Made by a program: the position numbers and the translations under genes. This document shows, piece after piece, positions 62,328-64,000 of a stretch of 64,000 bases of DNA. The stretch is from the NCBI GenBank assembly GCA_002269645.1, contig NIVC01001211.1, positions 1 through 64,000 on the forward strand, in the 5' to 3' direction. Origin of the DNA: Macrostomum lignano. Its lineage: Eukaryota. The stretch's first letter is position 1. Each line of letters starts with the position of its first letter. The notes beneath the pieces were generated by a model. The model saw nothing but the letters and a program-made list of their open reading frames with translations. It had not been told where the DNA came from and made no database searches.

Positions 62328-63155
62328 TGACCCTGCACAGATTGCCTGCACAGACCCTGCACAGATTGCCTGCACAGACCCTGCACAGATTGCCTGCACA
62401 GACCCTGCACAGATTGCCTGCACAGACCCTGCACAGATTGCCTGCACAGACCCTGCACAGATTCCCTGCACAACTTCCCTGCACAGATTCCCTGCACAAC
62501 TTCCCTGCACAACTTCCCTGCACAACTTCCCTGCACAACTTCCCTGCACAGATTCCCTGCGCAGATTCCCTGCACAGATTCCCTGCACAGATTCCCTGCA
62601 CAGATTCCCTGCACAGATTCCCTGCACAACTTCCCTGCACAGCTTCCCTGCACAAATTCCCTGCACAGCTTCCCTGCACAGCTTCCCTGCACAACTTCCC
62701 TGCACAACTTCCCTGCACAGCTTCCCTGCGCAGATTCCCTGCACAGATTCCATGCACAGCTTCCCTGCGCAGATTCCCTGCACAGATTCCCTGCACAGAT
62801 TCCCTGCGCAAATTCCCTGCACAGATTCCCTGCACAACTTCCCTGCACAACTTCCCTGCACAGATTCCCTGCACAAATTCCCTGCACAGCTTCCCTGCAC
62901 AGCTTCCCTGCACAGATTCCCTGCACAGATTCCCTGCACAGATTCCCTGCACAGATTCCCTGCACGGATTCCCTGCACAGATTCCCTGCACAGATTCCCT
63001 GCACGGATTCCCTGCACAGATTCCCTGCACAGATTCCCTACACAACTTCCCTGCACAGATTCCCTGCACGGATTCCCTGCACAGATTCCCTGCACAGATT
63101 CCCTGCACAGATTCCCTGCACAGATTCCCTGCACGGATTCCCTGCACGGATTGCC
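62328..63155. repeat. 12/13-bp minisatellite
   Basis: Unit ttccctgcacaga, with a 24-bp dimer at the 5' end. Confidence 0.96.
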
Positions 63156-63481
63156 TGCAGGCTGGGAATCGCAGTGGTTCCATGGGGATGCCAGGCGCAG
63201 GGACGCACAGGGGCAGCTGCATTCTGCTGCTGCCCAGAATTGGTCACTCGCAGAACTCAAGCTCGGCAGTAGCGGTGTTTTGCCCCTCTCGGACCGCGGG
63301 CTCGGGGGCTCTTCGCGGTCCAGCTGGGGCCGCGCCGCTCTCAGCTCCGCACGGCTATCGGATTTCCCGGCCGTCTCCGCGCCCGCAGTGCAGCTGCCGC
63401 GCCCGGCGATCGATGGCCGCCCCTGCTGAGCTGCCACAGCTGCCCGACACGTCTGCTTTCTACTGCTGCCTGCATTGGATA

Positions 63482-64000
63482 ACCTCTCATCTCACTGCAT
63501 CTCATGCTCTCATCTCACTGCATCTCATGCTCTCATCTCACTGCATCTCAAGCTCTCATCTCACTGCATCTCAAGCTCTCATCTCACTGCATCTCAAGCT
63601 CTCATCTCACTTCATCTCATGCTCTCATCTCACTGCATCTCATGCTCTCATCCCACTGCATCTCATGCTCTCATCTCACTGCATCTCATGCTTTCATCTC
63701 ACTGCATCTCATGCTCTCATCTCACTGCATCTCAAGCTCTCATCTCACTTCATCTCATGCTCTCATCTCACTGCATCTCATGCTCTCATCCCACTGCATC
63801 TCATGCTCTCATCTCACTGCATCTCATGCTCTCATCTCACTTCATCTCATGCTCTCATCTCACTTCATCTCATGCTCTCATCTCACTGCATCTCATGCTC
63901 TCATCCCACTGCATCTCATGCTCTCATCTCACTGCATCTCATGCTCTCATCTCACTGCATCTCATCTCACTTGCATCTAATGCTCTAATCTCAATGCATC
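63482..64000. repeat. 23-bp minisatellite running off the window
   Basis: Unit gctctcatctcactgcatctcat. Confidence 0.96.

Noticed and set aside
63150-63260. SH2-like start (WESQWFHGDARRRDAQ)
   Set aside because: Similarity stops after the WFHG..RR motif and there is no FLVR box.
57488-64000. Long ORFs (497, 443, 553, 370 aa etc.)
   Set aside because: They are translations of stop-free tandem repeats, open in several frames and on both strands.

Overview
Eukaryotic (metazoan) genomic DNA, not prokaryotic. It has GC-rich exons, many 50-100 nt GT-AG introns and abundant minisatellites; the style suggests a free-living flatworm such as Macrostomum, which is inference only. 1-28.6 kb: a tandem cluster of four same-strand ionotropic-glutamate-receptor/IR-like genes (the 3' part of one plus three full-length). 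They carry an amino-terminal domain (ATD) and a non-canonical M3 gate (YTGDLTAK). Copies 2 and 3 share a near-identical ~2.1 kb ATD block that ends exactly at the ATD/ligand-binding-domain (LBD) splice donor, but their LBDs are clearly diverged. Inside the cluster are a 3-exon secreted fibrinogen-domain gene with an unrecognised duplicated N-terminal domain, DIRS-like and Ty3/gypsy relics, and tRNA-derived CORE-like SINEs. 30.7-31.5 kb: an intronless invertebrate claudin. 31.5-37.9 kb: an AT-rich, CpG-depleted spacer containing a ~158-nt hairpin. 38-54 kb: DIS3L (7 exons). Five of its six introns carry a distinct minisatellite, and the 9.6-kb intron 3 hosts two antisense CAP/SCP-EGF genes with a shared unrecognised C-terminal domain. 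54-64 kb: mostly tandem repeats. Most long ORFs in the supplied track are repeat artefacts. No CRISPR, rRNA or true tRNA gene was seen. Exon structures were derived by hand from splice-site phase and paralog comparison. Family assignments come from motif recall, not database searches.
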